Positions 1 to 13,312 of a stretch of 64,000 nt of DNA are shown here, one piece after another. The stretch comes from Octopus vulgaris (Eukaryota). The notes under the pieces are model-generated. The model made no database searches. It saw nothing but the letters and a program-made list of their open reading frames with translations, and was not told the DNA's origin. Position 1 is the first letter of the stretch; the number at the start of each line of letters is the position of its first letter. The stretch lies in the NCBI GenBank assembly GCA_951406725.2, contig OX597814.1:123504001-123568000 (forward strand), read 5' to 3'. Position numbers and translations under genes: made by a program.

Positions 1-609
1 ATCCATCCGCAGCACATGACCATACCATCGCAAGCGTCGCTCTTGCACACCACATCTGATGCTTCTTATATCCAGCATTTCTCTCAGGATGCTTACACTC
101 TGTCTTGCGTGCACACTGACACTACACATCCAGCGGATCATGCTAGCTTCATTTCTTTCAAGTCTACGCATGTCTTCTGCAGTCACAGCCCATGTTTCAT
201 TACCGTGAAGCATGGCAGTTCGCACACATGCATCATACAATCTACCTTTTGCTCTGAGGGAGAGACCTTTTGTTGCCAGTAGGGGTAGAAGCTTTCTGAA
301 CTTTGCCCAGGCTATTCGTATTCTAGTGGTGATACTCTCTGTGCATCCACCTCCGCTACTAACTTGGTCACCCAGGTAGCGGAAACTATCAACTACTTCT
401 AGTTTCTCTCCCTGGAGTGTGATGGAATCTGTTTTCTGAGTGTCTGTTGTGTCTATTGTCCCTGTGCATCTGCCGCACATGAAAGCTATCTTATCTGTTA
501 ATTTCCCTTTAATGTTGCTGCACCTCTTATGTGTCCATAACTTACATTGGGTGCATCTTATGGAGTTTCTACCTGTACCTTTCCTACAGGTTGAGCAGGG
601 CCACCTACA
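1..609 (-). mobile_element. RTE-clade LINE, 5'-truncated, ORF C-terminal part with PHD-like finger
   Basis: Open frame of about 203 aa running off the window: CRWPCSTC...LEVVDSFRYLGDQV...RIRIAWAKF...LYDACVRTAMLHGNETWAVT...RRLRWYGHVLRMD. Confidence 0.9.
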
Positions 610-1936
610 TATATAACACTGTTGCCAGTATTAGAGGTAACATTTTAATCCCCAATTAATCTCATAATACACACACACACAGACAACTGATGTGGAATTA
701 GGACAACAGTGTTTTCATGTGAAAATATTAATTAGGAAACACATTTTCTCTCATGGAACAACCTCATTTATTTTTCAACTATATACTTCACTCTGTGAAG
801 TGGATGTCATTAAGTAAAAATCATGCCAAAACAGACAGTGGAGCTAGACACGGACCTCTGGTTCACTAGCTCTTGTTAAACTGTCCAACCCATGCCAGCA
901 TGGAAGACATGTTGAATGATGATGACGATGGTGATGACGATGGTGATGATGATGATACCATTACACCAAACACCATTTAAACCAGGTGTACTTATGTCTC
1001 TTTCTTCCTGTAGTCATTACCCCCCTCCCCACTGTTCCCCTTTAGAAAAATATTCCATTGATCATTGAAGCTATGATTAAAGGTATTCCAGATATTCTGC
1101 CAATGTCCATCCAGTCTTTTTAAGGATTATGACAGGGTCTACATTATCTATGTGTCATTTCCTAATTCAAGACACTGAGGGAGATTAGCCTGCTATTTCT
1201 ATCAGGTATATCAATTATACGGTGTTTCACTCTACAACATACTCTGGTTGTCTAACCACCGTTACTAACCATAACCTGAAACAACTGAGTAATATTGGTT
1301 TCCCCCTATATCCTACAGTCTAAAAAGGGACCATCAGACTGCTAACCTACAGCCTCACATAAATTACTGACAAAACTGAGAAGTTAGGACATTCATACAT
1401 TTCCTTAGTTTACTAATGCTACTCATATAGTTCACACTGGAAACTGTAATCAAGTAATGGATTTGAGGTACTAAACACCAAAACACTTCACTACAACACT
1501 TGTTACATGATCACTCAATCAGCTAGAAATAGCATCCAGATAATTCTCAAATCATATCCTATTCTTACAAAAAGAGAAGGATACAGTAGACAATGTAGTT
1601 TTGGATGTATAAAAATAAGATAGTGAAAGATGGAAACTCATATGATTGCATATCTGCTAAAAACAAAGCTGATTGTGCTCAAAAACTCTATCACCATTAA
1701 CCCTGAATTCAATACTGAGTGAAGTCATTGTCAACAACACAATGACTACAGCAGTATAAAGGGATAAAATATTCATAGTAGTAAGAAAGAATGCTATGGA
1801 AGGACTCAATGTCTATGCAGGAAGGGCAATAAATACAATAGTATGGAAGGACCCAAATGTCTACAACAGTATGGAAGGTCACAACATCTACAGCAGTGTT
1901 CAACAGTTTGAAGAATTAATCTGTTGGCTATTCCAT

Positions 1937-2153
1937 GGCGGCAAGCTGGCAGAAACGTTAGCATGCCAGGCGAAGTGCTTAGCAGTATTTCGTCTGTCTT
2001 TACGTTCTGAGTTCAAATTCCGTCAAGATTGACTTTGCCTTTCATCCTTTCAGGGTCGGTAAATTAAGTACCAGTTGCATACTGGGGGTCAATCTAATCG
2101 ACTGGGCCCCCTCCCCAATAATTTCAGGCCTTGTACCTACAGTAGAAAAGAAT
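1937..2153 (+). mobile_element. tRNA-derived SINE family A (representative copy)
   Basis: ggcggcaagctggcagaaacgttagc...gagttcaaattcc (box B). Other copies near 2355(-), 16372(+), 35385(-), 44897(+), 46735 and 46968(-), 52063(-), 53650 and 53838(-), 54751(+), 55235(-), 60058(+). Confidence 0.85.
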
Positions 2154-4994
2154 CTGTTGGCTTTTCCACACAACAACAATTACAAAGATTTCTATCATTG
2201 GTACCAGACTGTAAATTTGAGGGAAGAAGTACTAGTGACAAACTAATCTCAGTACTTGACTGTTATTTTCTTTTCTCAACCCTGAAAAGATGAAGCTTAA
2301 TATTGAACCCACTTGGATTTGAAATCAAAATACTGGTTAAAAAGTGCAGCAAGTTAGAGGGAGGGGTAAGTCGATTACATCAATCCCAGTGTTCAACTGC
2401 TACTTATTTTATTGAGCCCTGAAAGGTTGAAAGGCAAATTGGATCTTGTCAGAGTTTGAACTCAGAATGTGAAGATGAAAGAAATGCCACTAAGCATGCA
2501 CCCGATATGCTAATGATTTTGCCAGCTCATTGCCTTTTGAAATCAAAATATTAAAGCAACATAACTAAATAATGCAAGGCACTTGATCGGTCAACCTGCT
2601 GTTTCTCCCATTCCATAACAATAATATCATGCAACAATATTATAAAATCTACAAGTACAAGAGAAACGAGCAATGCAAACAGAAGGAAAGGTAAAATATG
2701 AAAGTGGTCGGGAGGTAAGAGAGAGAATGGGAGAAAGGGAAGGATAAAGAAAGGTATGTAATGAGAAGAGAAATAAATTGAAGAAGTGACAGAAGAGGCA
2801 GGAAATCATCATAGAAGGTAAAACAAGAGGAAGTTAATTAAAACTGCTGTATTATTAGTAAAAGAGCTTGGACAGAGAGAGGGATTAAAGTTAGCAAAAT
2901 AGGATCTGATTAAAGTCAAACAGTAGAGATTAAAGTTAGCAAGAGAAAGAAAGAAAGAAAGGAGTTCATTTGAGGTCAAACAAGGATTCAAAACTAGCAG
3001 CATTTGAAGTCAGTAGTTTAGTTGTTTTGTTTTTTAATAAAATCTTTTAAACTCACAAGAAGTCTTCATATCACCTAAAATAAGATAGTTACATAGTGAA
3101 ATATATATATATATGTATGTATAGCTTAAATGGAATAACACGTGAATAATAAATCACTATAAATACATATTTTATGCACCTTATCACTCATAATATTATA
3201 GCCCGTATCTCAATTTAATTACTAAAATTTGATTTAAAGGCTGTGCACTTTCAAGTGAATGGATTTATATAAGGAAATAGTGCCTAATTTTTGTCAAACT
3301 TTCATTTGGTTTGAATAAATTCTACTGGCTTTTAAAATACTGGCAACATCAATGTGTATGAAAACCAGTATTATTTTTATACTAGTCAATCTATTAACTG
3401 CTGGTAATAGCCACATATGTGTGTATAATTTCACATATATTTTTGCCAGACATCTAGATCCTTGTCCAGTAAAAGGATACATAGAATACGTATGTTTACT
3501 TTAAACTGTCTACTTTGATTTATTATCTACATGTCATTCCATTGAAACTATTTTCATTTATTTATATATTAGTACTCTGAAATTTTAATACTTTCTATTT
3601 CAATGAAATCATTGTAAATCTCTACCATGAAATATTTTCTTACATCTATGATATATTCATTCCTATTGCTAATATTATAAATACATCATGATCAACTACC
3701 ACCATCATTGTTTTTAAAGTCTATTTTCCTATTATTGCATAGGTCAGACAAAATTCATTGATGCAAATTTACTATGGCCAGGTGCCATTCCTATACTCAA
3801 CCCTCATCTGTTTACAAGCAAGGTAGTATTTCCCCTTGCTTGGAAGACTGGAAATGAATGACATCACTTGTATAATGGTGATACTCATTTACAATTTATC
3901 ACACAATAATACTTGTGTTGTACTGATTCTATTCGACAATCACATCAAGACTACACATGTCTGTAGAATACTTGATTCCTTCAGATACTAATTCAATGAG
4001 TAGATTCTCCAGTTGATCAAAGAACTGGATGTTCATACATCAAAATAAATGGTAAACCATAAACACACACACACATACATTTATATGCTACATTCCACAT
4101 CAGGTATTAACTACATATTGCTTTCTTGCAATACCTTTCTTGTTCATGCTCTTGAATCATAAATACCTTTGGATTTCTTATTTTCCTAATTTAGAAAATA
4201 CTTTGGTTCTCAAATGCAATATTATAACTAACTTACTTATTTCTTATTTACTACATTATAAACTGTTTTGCTTTTTTTTTTTTTTTTTAAATTCAGTCAT
4301 AAAATTACTTTTCTATTTACTAGAAACAATGTAAGTTAGATATGTGTAATTTAGTCAATAGTTTATATTTTCGAGTCCCCAAAACAGAACTTTTCCCTTC
4401 CTAACAAACGTTTTCACTGAAGACACCACAATCACTAGATTATACTGCTTAATCCATCATAATCTCCTTGAGCACTTTAACTGGATGTTGGGTTTTGTCT
4501 ATCATGTTAGTTAGACAAACTGCTTTCAGCCACTTGTATTTATAAATAAGTTACAATATTACAATACAGTGGCTTCTGAAGAAGAACGGAACCTAAATGT
4601 TATTGCTATACTGTGTGAAAGTGAGTTCCAGCAGCAGTGAAGTTAGTAAGAACTAGAATAGTAAATAACTAATCATAGTAAATAGATATTAAAATGTTTT
4701 GAAAAAGCAAGGAGAGGATACAGTTGGTGTTATCCACCTGTTACCATGTTTAGAAAGCATATATAGCCAGAAACACAGCTTTTCTGTTACACTTTTATAA
4801 GCATAACATTTAGGAATAGTGTGCAAAAAAAAACATATAAACATAAGAGGATTATTTATCTATTACTGACAAAATGGTTTTCGGTAAGAGCAAAGCAGAA
4901 ACAGATATTATAAGGCTCTAACTTGAGTTATAAAGATGGAACAACAGAGTTACAATATATACAGACAACACCGAGTGTGAAATGACAAGCTTAC

Positions 4995-5165
4995 CAGAAT
5001 TTTGTGAGGAGTCATCAAATAGTGGACTTGGGGGAGAAGACATTTCACTGTCACTGCTAGCAGTAGGGGGACTGCGGGAAGGAGAACCTGTGATAGAGCC
5101 TGGTGGGGTCAGAACCATAGTAGGATCGCTCTTCAGTTGGGCTCCAGCCAAATTATCTTCCAAAT
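4995..5165 (-). CDS. SREBP: SREBP coding exon 6 (Ser/Pro-rich, Fbw7 phosphodegron)
   Basis: ttctctatag|AT TTG GAA ... TCT G|gtaagc. 171 nt, phase 1-1. Contains LTPPGSITGSP, like SREBP-1 LTPPPSDAGSP. Confidence 0.9.
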
Positions 5166-5653
5166 CTATAGAGAATTGAGTGAATTGAAATTCATTCAGT
5201 TTTGACATCAACTAAAGGAACGGATTGATACCCCAAATTATAACAGCCTTCCACGGTAACATGTATATATAAATATACATATATCATTTAAATAATTTGG
5301 GAAAACGTATTTCCAAATCAATCAGGTACAACCCTTCAGCATTACATGCATCAGCATATCGCACCTTGGGGTCTTATTTATCATATATTTATATATTTAT
5401 CTAGAAATATACAAAGCATCTAATAAAAGTCAATAATAATTCAGTTTTGGGTATTAATAGATATACGGGTATTCTATTTCAAATAATACAAAAAAGTTAA
5501 CCTAATGAGAATATCTGAAAGTAAACTCATGGTATCCATTTGCACATCATAAAATAATACTTAAAGGACATAACCATTATACCAACAGGGTATATACTGT
5601 TCTTCCTTAATTATCTCCTACTTTAGTTGACACTAAATTAATTAAATATGAAG

Positions 5654-5782
5654 GAACTACACGTATTTCAGTATTGGAAGATTACAATATATATACATAC
5701 ACACTATAGTATATATATATATATATTATATACATATATGCAATCATCAGATTTATAATTATTCCAACACATCTTCAGGTTC
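5654..5782 (-). ncRNA. Type-I hammerhead ribozyme-like motif, sense to SREBP intron 5
   Basis: gaac-CUGAAGA-u-guguuggaa...(TA-rich loop)...uuccaauac-u-GAAA-uacgug-UA-guuc. Stem I gaac/guuc, 9-bp stem II, palindromic loop III. Confidence 0.6.
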
Positions 5783-6169
5783 TTTTTCAAAATATAATAA
5801 ATCTAATTTTACATCCCTTTAAAAAAATAAGCAATAAAATTAAAAATTAAAATTAAAAATTAAAAATCAAAATTATACTTTGTAATATTAAGAATTAAAA
5901 TCTATAAATTATACATTATAAATATGAATTAGTATATAAATCAACCTTGTAAAGTCAAGTATATAATGTCAAATACAAATTATACTTCAGAATAAAAATG
6001 TCTGTGTTTAAATGTGAAATATAACAAGAAAAATTCAAATACATATCTTTGTTTTTTGCTGGTACCAGGATTAGTTTTCGAAATGGCGATTAAAGAAAAT
6101 GTTTAATGCTTAATTTTATTGCTTATTTTTTAAAGGGATGTAAAATTAGATTTATAATATTTTGAAAAA

Positions 6170-6213
6170 GAACCTGAAGACGTGTTGGAATAATTATAAA
6201 TCTGACAATTGCA

Positions 6214-6261
<48 letters not shown>

Positions 6262-6334
6262 ATATATATATATGAATACTATAGTGTGTATGTATATATA
6301 TTGTAATCTTCCAATACTGAAATACGTGTAGTTC
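6170..6334 (+). ncRNA. Type-I hammerhead ribozyme-like motif, mirror copy
   Basis: gaac CTGAAGA (6174-6180) c gtgttggaa ... ttccaatac t GAAA (6319-6322) tacgtg TA gttc. Confidence 0.6.
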
Positions 6335-6652
6335 CTTCATATTTAATTAATTTAGTGTTAACTAAAGTAGGAGATAATCAAGGAAGTATAGTATATACCC
6401 TGCTGGTATAATGGTTATGTCCTTTAAGTATTATTTTGTGATGTGCAAATGGATACCATGAGTTTACTTTCAGATATTCTCATTAGGTTAACTTTTTTGT
6501 ATTATCTGAAATAGAATACCCGTATATCTATTAATCCCCAAAACTGAATATATATATATATTAAACTAACATGATATTTAGTTTGGAAACTTACAATTTT
6601 ATATTTTTTAACTTAGAAATTAATTTATCAGCTTTATTAAGTGTTTACTTAA

Positions 6653-6872
6653 CCCTTTAGCATTCTGATTTTTCTGTCAAACATAATGCTTATTTATTCA
6701 CACTGATAAAAAATTAGTCATGCATTACCTTGAAGTTTTGAGGTTTAAATGATGTGATTGTTTATTTTTAGAATAATACTGAAGGGTGGTATCAGAGGCC
6801 AGATCTGGCCAGTTTAAAGATAAAACATGTAGATTATTTTTGCTGAATATGGCTGGTTCAAATGCTAAAGGG
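6653..6872. mobile_element. piggyBac-type MITE (subfamily 1)
   Basis: TTAA|CCCTTTAGCATT ... AATGCTAAAGGG|TTAA. Confidence 0.85.
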
Positions 6873-7127
6873 TTAATGATATACTTTTAGATAAATATAA
6901 TCTGGTTTATTTTTCAACCATTTTATTTTTAGCTTACATTTCATTCTATGTTTAAAACACATTCACTTTTAATTGAAATTAAAATAAGTCAAATGTGTGG
7001 AACAAGAGAGAGCGAGAGAGAAAGGGAGAGAGAAAGAAAGGGAGAGCGAGAGAAAGAAAGACTACTGTAATAGTTAATAAACCTAAATTATATATATGAG
7101 ATTTTTACCTATTTCATGATATATTTT

Positions 7128-7490
7128 ATTTACATTATTTAAATTTGACGGATATTTGTCCTCATCTTGTTTATTGTTAACACAACATTTCGAGTGATAT
7201 ACCCTCCAGCCTTCAGCAGGTGTCTTGGGGAAATTTCGAACCTGGGTTCTCATTCCTAAGGTATTATTATTCAGGTCACAGCCTGGCATCTCTTGAAAAT
7301 ATGACTGTTAAATACAGCTTATTGGTTTTTATAAAGAGTGGTGTATTTAAAAACAAAAATACCTTAGGAATGAGAACCCAGGTTCGAAATTTCCCCAAGA
7401 CACCTGATGAAGGCTGGAGGGTATATCAGCCAAAATGTGCTAACAACAAACAAGATGAGGACAAATATCCATCAAATGTAAATAATGTAC
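7128..7490. mobile_element. Inverted pair of PLE pseudo-LTR fragments with decayed hammerheads (7179-7224 minus, 7399-7440 plus)
   Basis: Arms about 7128-7265 and 7357-7490. Combined consensus gacac-CTGATGA-aggctg..cagcc-GAAA-tgtt-gtgtt. Each copy has a core mutation. Confidence 0.7.
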
Positions 7491-7523
7491 ATATATATAT
7501 ATATATATTTGAAAACATATTTG

Positions 7524-7667
7524 AAAAAAATGAATAGAAACGGCTTTTCTGATAATTTTTCCACTTCAATAATTTGAAGTTTACAAGATGTTTATAAGCA
7601 AACTTGTAAACATCTAATTATTAAAGTGGAAAAATTATCAGAAAAGCCGTTTCTATTCATTTTTTTT
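7524..7667. repeat. Short near-perfect hairpin (arms about 50 bp)
   Basis: atgaatagaaacggcttttctgataatttttccactt and its reverse complement at about 7616-7667. Confidence 0.85.
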
Positions 7668-7731
7668 TACAAATATATATTATACTGTACCAAAGATTTT
7701 CTATTTCTTATTCTACTCTTATCTATCTATC

Positions 7732-7772
<41 letters not shown>

Positions 7773-7793
7773 ATATATGTATGTATGTATATA

Positions 7794-7861
<68 letters not shown>

Positions 7862-10617
7862 TGTGTGTTTATTTAGCTATTCAATGCATTGGTTTATAGG
7901 TTTGGCATCTCTTGAAAACATGACTGTTAAATACAGCTTATTGGTTTTTATAAAGGGTGGTGTATTTTTTTAAAAGATTAATTTATATATTGGTTTACAA
8001 TATCGTAGTATAATCATAGCCAACTAACTAGAATCGGTCAAAGAGTAACATTTTTGGGGGCATTTTAGTTCTGAATAGTAATTTGTTTATTAAGTAATAT
8101 TAGTAACAACCAAATTATTAGAGGTCATTTTATTTGGATTGATCCCTAAGTATTACTGGTTGTGTGTGCATGCTAATTTAGAGTATTTCTGCAGTATAAC
8201 CTTTCCTCTTTATTTAATGTTGGGAAAATACAGGTGGAACTTTGAAGTCATTATCAAGCTTTCCTTAATGAAAATAAATTAATTCTATTGAACATTTTTT
8301 ACAATTAATGCTTGATTGTTTCTTTATGGATGATTTTACATAAAATACATACAGTTGAATGAATATAATTTTTTTGAGAAACTATAAGTAAAGATCACCA
8401 TGAACATCATAACACATGTGAAACCGGTTGAGAAATATGTAGAAAAACTAAAGAAATTTAAGTGTGCATTTTCAACTTAAATTCTTTTCTTTTTTCTCTG
8501 TGTATGTGGAGATAGAGGGGAGGTGGAGATAGAGGGGAGGTGGAGATAGAGGGGAGGTGGAGAGAAAGAACTATAAATTATATATAGACCATATAGTCAT
8601 CTTAAGATAATTACAAATTAATGAAAGCTACTATAATCAATACTGAGGTGAATTACCGCTTCAAAACTATTTACTACTCTCGTTGTTACAATAAAAACTA
8701 TCACCCCTTCTAACATCTCAAGCTACCAATAACTTTCATAGACAAACCAGTTCTTTTTAAAGACATCAGCCTTATCCTCCAAAATAACATTTAAGAAGAA
8801 ACACAACACTGTTCTATTAGTAAGGTGTAATACTCCACTTGAAAACAAAAATGAAAAGATTAACTATCCTAGACTATTAACACCTACCAATGTTTATAAA
8901 TTAGATCACCTAGAATTAATCACCAACACTTCATACAAATATATCTTTTACAAAATGCTAATTAGAATCTTATCTATTGTTTCTAATTTTCCTCTCCTCT
9001 ATTAAGGTTCTTCACTCAACAAATGTGTATTTACTACAGTGTTTTAACACTATCGTTATTATATCAATGAACTTTTGTTGACAATGTAATTTAGAAGAGA
9101 CACCAAGACGTAATCTATAAAACAGGATATGTGTTGTGAGTTAACAGCTTATTTTATCATTTATCTTTATTTTTACTTATTTCAGTCATTTGACAGCGGC
9201 CATGCTGGGGCACCACCCTGAAGAATTTTTAGTCATCAGAATTGACCCTAGTACTTTTTTTTAAGCCTGGTATTTATTCTATCAATCTCTTTTGCTGAAC
9301 TGCTAAATTATGGAGATGTAAACACACCAACACAGGTTGTCAAGTAGTGGCCAGGGACAAACACAGAAACACACACACACATACATAAGTATAATGGGTT
9401 TCTTTTAGTTCCATCTACCAAATCCACTCAATAAACTTTGGTGAGCCCAAGGCTATAGTAGAGAACACTTGCCCAAGGTGCCATGCAATGGATTTGAACC
9501 CAGAACCATGTGGTTCAGAAGCAAACTTCTTATCATACAGCTACACCTGTGCCTACAAGCCATGCCTGCACCTAATAAAAATTATTTTCTTTCAGCTTTT
9601 TAGTGTGATTGGTAACAATACCAAAAGAAAATGTAGTTCCACTGACTGATAAATATTTCAGAAACCCTAGTGATTTAAATGATAAAATACCTCAATTCAC
9701 ATAGAAATAAAGCTAATCTTATTTATATTCATTTGTATTCCTTCTCTAGAATATTTTTATTTATTTTCACAGTTGAGGACTAAGATTAGATTGCTAACTT
9801 CAACAAATATCTTTCAGAAAGATTACTTAATGACTTCAGAGGAAAGAAATCTAAAACAATTATTTCTAACACAAGAAAAATGTACAGGGTGCAGCAGAAA
9901 AACCATCCATATTCTATAGGGTCATTCATGTGGTACTAGTGAAGGTAGACAGATAGTAACAGTGTCTTCAAGTAGCTTTTTTTGTTTTTAGTTGCCATCA
10001 CAGTTTAAAGTAGTGTTTGTAGTATGTTTGCTGCTACAACATTTATCAAAAATGTAAACTACGGGATCTTTTTTGCTGCACCCCTATTATAAAGCAAAAG
10101 GAAGCTGTTGATAAGCAGAACTCCAAATCCAATTTTCATTCTGTTTAAAATGTTTGAATTCACTACTATCATTAATGCTTTGAGAATGGCATGAATATCA
10201 CAACTCCAATTTTGTGAGAAATAATTTACCCCATGAATAATATTCATGATGCCTAATGTTTAGAAGAAGAAAGTGACTAGCTGTGATATTCAAGCATTTC
10301 TCAGACATATTTAGATTCATATTAATATTGATTTCCTATTTATATTTCCTTCCATTTATTTATATCGCATTTTTTTTGCTGCTATTTACTATTCTTTTTT
10401 TTTTATGCAGAAAAATCCTTGAGAATTGACCGATTATCTAAGAGAATTGTTCAACAAGGTTCTGGAAACACAGAATGCAAGTTAATACATTCAATAGAGA
10501 CAGGGAGGAAATTATCAGAGAAAAGTAAGAAAGCATCAAAGATTAATTTGGGCAAACCAAAGAGATTAGTAAGGTGATACAATAAGGCGGTTTGAAGTAG
10601 AGTAACATAATACTCAC

Positions 10618-10732
10618 TCTGTTTCTTTGCCAGAAGTCGAAGGGCCATGTTTTCCTGCTTCAGACGAGTGTTGGTGTTCTGTATGTAACGAATGTAGTCA
10701 ATGGCTTTGCGCAGGATAGCAGATTTATTCAA
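10618..10732 (-). CDS. SREBP: SREBP coding exon 5 (helix 2 and leucine zipper)
   Basis: tgttgcag|TTG AAT AAA ... CAG A|gtgagt. 115 nt, phase 0 to 1. [38 protein letters not shown]. Confidence 0.97.
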
Positions 10733-11176
10733 CTGCAACATAAAAAAGGGAAAAATCATATATATATATTATAAGTAATATGTTGAATACAGTAAAATGG
10801 GAATTGTAAATGTAAGACATGTGTATATCAATCTTAAGTTGCCAAATCTGTACACACTTTAAACATTCATAGAGACACAGACACACATACACATTCATCC
10901 ACAATACAGGACATGTTTACAAATGGTTTCTGTCCACCTGTTCCACTGACAAAACATTGGTCAGCCTGAGGCCACCTGATGACACCGGCCCAAGATGCCA
11001 TGCAGTAAGATTGAACGCAAATTCACATGGTTACAAAACAACTCTACATTCACAAAAACATGCCTATGTCTATATGTATCATTCCATTTTTACAAAGGCA
11101 GAGATTTGGTTCTTATTTCTAGCAGGTCAAGTGACAGCATAAAGGATCTCCAGTTAGCTTGTCAAATAGAGTTTAA

Positions 11177-11397
11177 CCCTTTCATTACCAACCCGGCTGA
11201 AACCGGCTCTGGCTCTGTGGTACAAATGTCTTGTTTTCATAAGTTTTCAATTAAAATCTTCCACCAAACCTTAGTCACAATTTATGTTCCTAACACTAGC
11301 TTAATGATAACTAAGTTATTTTACTAAATTCTTTGTTATATTTAAAGTAATTGAAAGAAACACAGAGCATCTCAACAGAAATATGGTAACAAAAGGG
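11177..11397. mobile_element. piggyBac-type MITE (subfamily 2), 36 nt from the exon 4 donor
   Basis: TTAA|CCCTTTCATTACC ... GGTAACAAAAGGG|TTAA. Confidence 0.85.
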
Positions 11398-11433
11398 TTA
11401 AAGCAAAATAGAAAATAACAAATTTCAACGTAC

Positions 11434-11736
11434 CTTTGCTTCAGTTCCAACAACCAGGTTCTTCAACTCAATTATCTTATCATTAATACTAAGGCGATAA
11501 CGTTTCTCAATAGCATTGTGAGCTGTTCTCTTCTCTCCTCTATTCTTTTTCAGTGGACTAGTGTTTAGTCGGTTGATAGGCAGCTTATCTCCTTCACCAA
11601 CCATTTGCAGAGGAATGCTTGTGGTCAGTATTGTGTTGCCACTGGTCACTAGAGAATTTGATGCTGGTGGACTGGCCAGTGTCACAACATTACCATTAAC
11701 TTCCTGGGGTTTTATCAGTTGAGACTGAATAAGAAG
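11434..11736 (-). CDS. SREBP: SREBP coding exon 4 (bHLH basic region and helix 1)
   Basis: ttgtttcag|CTT CTT ATT CAG ... GCA AAG|gtacgt. 303 nt. Encodes KLPINRL and [34 protein letters not shown], with the SREBP-diagnostic Tyr in EKRYR. Confidence 0.97.
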
Positions 11737-12173
11737 CTGAAACAACAGGGAAATTGAATTACAGGTGTGTGTGTGTGTGTGTGTGCGCACGCGTGTGTGT
11801 GCATGAGCCTGGTGCAGCCTTCTGGCTCGCCAGACCTCAGTCAAACCGTCCAACGCATGCCAGCATGGAAAACAGACGTTAAACAACGATGATGATGATA
11901 TATATATATATATATAAATATAAATAAGGATAAGATCGTTAATCTAAAAATAAAATAACGATTTTATCAAGTGGTCAGCATGGAAAAAATAACCTTCAAA
12001 GGTAATAATTAGAATTATCCAGTAATTTTTTTACTAGTTTCATCTTGTCTCTTTGTTTTCTCTCCATGTTGATATATGGACAATTAAGGTGGTTTTAGAG
12101 TCAGATCATGGCTGCTATTTTCAGCATGGTGGTATCTCATAGATACCCTAATTTATAATTTTAACATATATAT

Positions 12174-12328
<155 letters not shown>

Positions 12329-13273
12329 GGAGTCACATTGATATCACAAAAAATAGCAAAAATATTAATATCAATCAAATAAAAGAAACAACAACTTAAG
12401 GAATTAATGAAAAAAAAAAATATAACTGTATAGATATGGAAAAAAAAGATGTAATATAGATTCAGCTGAGGCAAGAATGATCTTATTTAGCAAAAATCCT
12501 CTTTTCAAAAAAAAATCAGAAAGAACTACTTGTAACTATAAAATATACAAAAACATGCATTTTCAACACGTTATGTTTACATTAGAATTTCTATTGTAAT
12601 TATGTAACTATTTAACTTGAACTCACCACCAAAATCAAGGGCAACATATGAACAATATCTAATCTTTACATCTCCAACTTTTGTTTAGATTTTTTTTGTT
12701 TACTTTTGGTAAGATTTTTTTAATATTTTTCATTTTATATACAACTGAAAGCAACTAGGGTTATTTTACCTTTAAAAATTTTATAACTAAATTAATTATA
12801 AAATAGCTAGATAATATCTTGACTAAAATTACTGATCCTGAAAGATTAACATTATTAATAGCCCTAAACCATAAAGAGTAGTAATAACACATTTTTAACC
12901 TATTTCTAGCTTGACTTAATTATTAATATAAAATTATCTGATAACATATCTTAACAGATACATGTATGAATGAGGATATGCTTGTTTGCAGTTGTGTGTG
13001 CATATGCATGCTAGGGACTCTTTGCATTGCACTTTGTAAAGTGGGTGGAGTGTTTGAAGACAGGTAACATTAAGATGAGAAAACTATTTAGTTGTGTCAA
13101 AAAACATGCCAGCCTCTCAAGAGCTGGTGCATCCACAAACTCTTTAAAGAAGTTGATGTTAGGAAGAGCATCCAACAGCAGCAGCAGAAAACTATACCAA
13201 AAATGAAATGAATGAACAAGGTGTAATCTCTGCCCTGGGGTGGATGCAAGACAATAACACCAAATAACAACTG

Positions 13274-13312
<39 letters not shown>

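Larger units (their letters stand above)
5440..6550. repeat. Long inverted repeat (arms about 5440-5843 and 6110-6550), probable inverted PLE pseudo-LTRs
   Basis: Arms are near-exact reverse complements over about 400 bp with a spacer of about 270 bp. Each arm carries a hammerhead-like motif. Confidence 0.9.

Noticed and set aside
610-4994. Next SREBP exon (DRSR motif and first transmembrane helix)
   Set aside because: No such sequence found by eye on the minus strand; probably beyond the window edge.
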